Under the pieces are notes generated by a model. That model was not told the origin of the DNA, did not search any database, and worked only from the letters and a program-made list of their open reading frames with translations. Below are positions 64,000 to 64,000 of a stretch of DNA of 64,000 nucleotides, piece after piece. How positions within the stretch are numbered: the first letter of the stretch is position 1; the number at the start of each line of letters is the position of its first letter. The translations under genes were made by a program, and so were the position numbers. Source of the DNA: Geopsychrobacteraceae bacterium (lineage in GTDB: Bacteria; Desulfobacterota; Desulfuromonadia; Desulfuromonadales; Geopsychrobacteraceae); the NCBI GenBank assembly GCA_963676795.2, contig CAXXTB010000002.1, forward strand, positions 2,208,001 through 2,272,000, read 5' to 3'.

Positions 64000-64000
64000 C

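Overview
Chromosomal window from a GC-rich anaerobe, most likely a Desulfuromonadales/Geobacter-related deltaproteobacterium (inferred from gene content and order). The left part (about 1-27 kb) is accessory metabolism and signalling. It holds the 3' part of a pyrogallol-transhydroxylase-like molybdoenzyme with its Fe-S subunit, a PAS-GGDEF protein, hisI, a DedA/TVP38 plus flavin disulfide reductase pair, and a chemotaxis/sensor block (pseudo-receiver, CheW, two MCPs, Cys-rich PAS protein, heme-c hybrid kinase, CheX). It also holds a glyoxylate shunt (mycobacterial-type long ICL2 plus malate synthase), a divergent permease-less four-gene module, a Zn-ribbon PilZ protein and an alanine-glyoxylate aminotransferase. 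The right part is core genome: ispE-tRNA-Gln-prs-rplY-pth-hppA-ychF-[N-type ATPase operon]-rpsF-rpsR-DUF2232-rplI, the dcw cluster (mraZ to ftsZ, no murB), a CNNM/CorC protein, ligA, acyP and a partial polyamine permease. The best candidate for an undescribed system is the 21.7-24.9 kb operon behind an FNR-type box. It encodes a signal-peptide-less solute-binding-fold protein, a HypB/UreG-type GTPase, an ABC ATPase with no permease and a mini HypA-like peptide, and it looks like a cytoplasmic metal-handling machine rather than a transporter. No CRISPR array, transposase, integrase or rRNA was seen. All family assignments come from motif recognition and recall, not from database searches.
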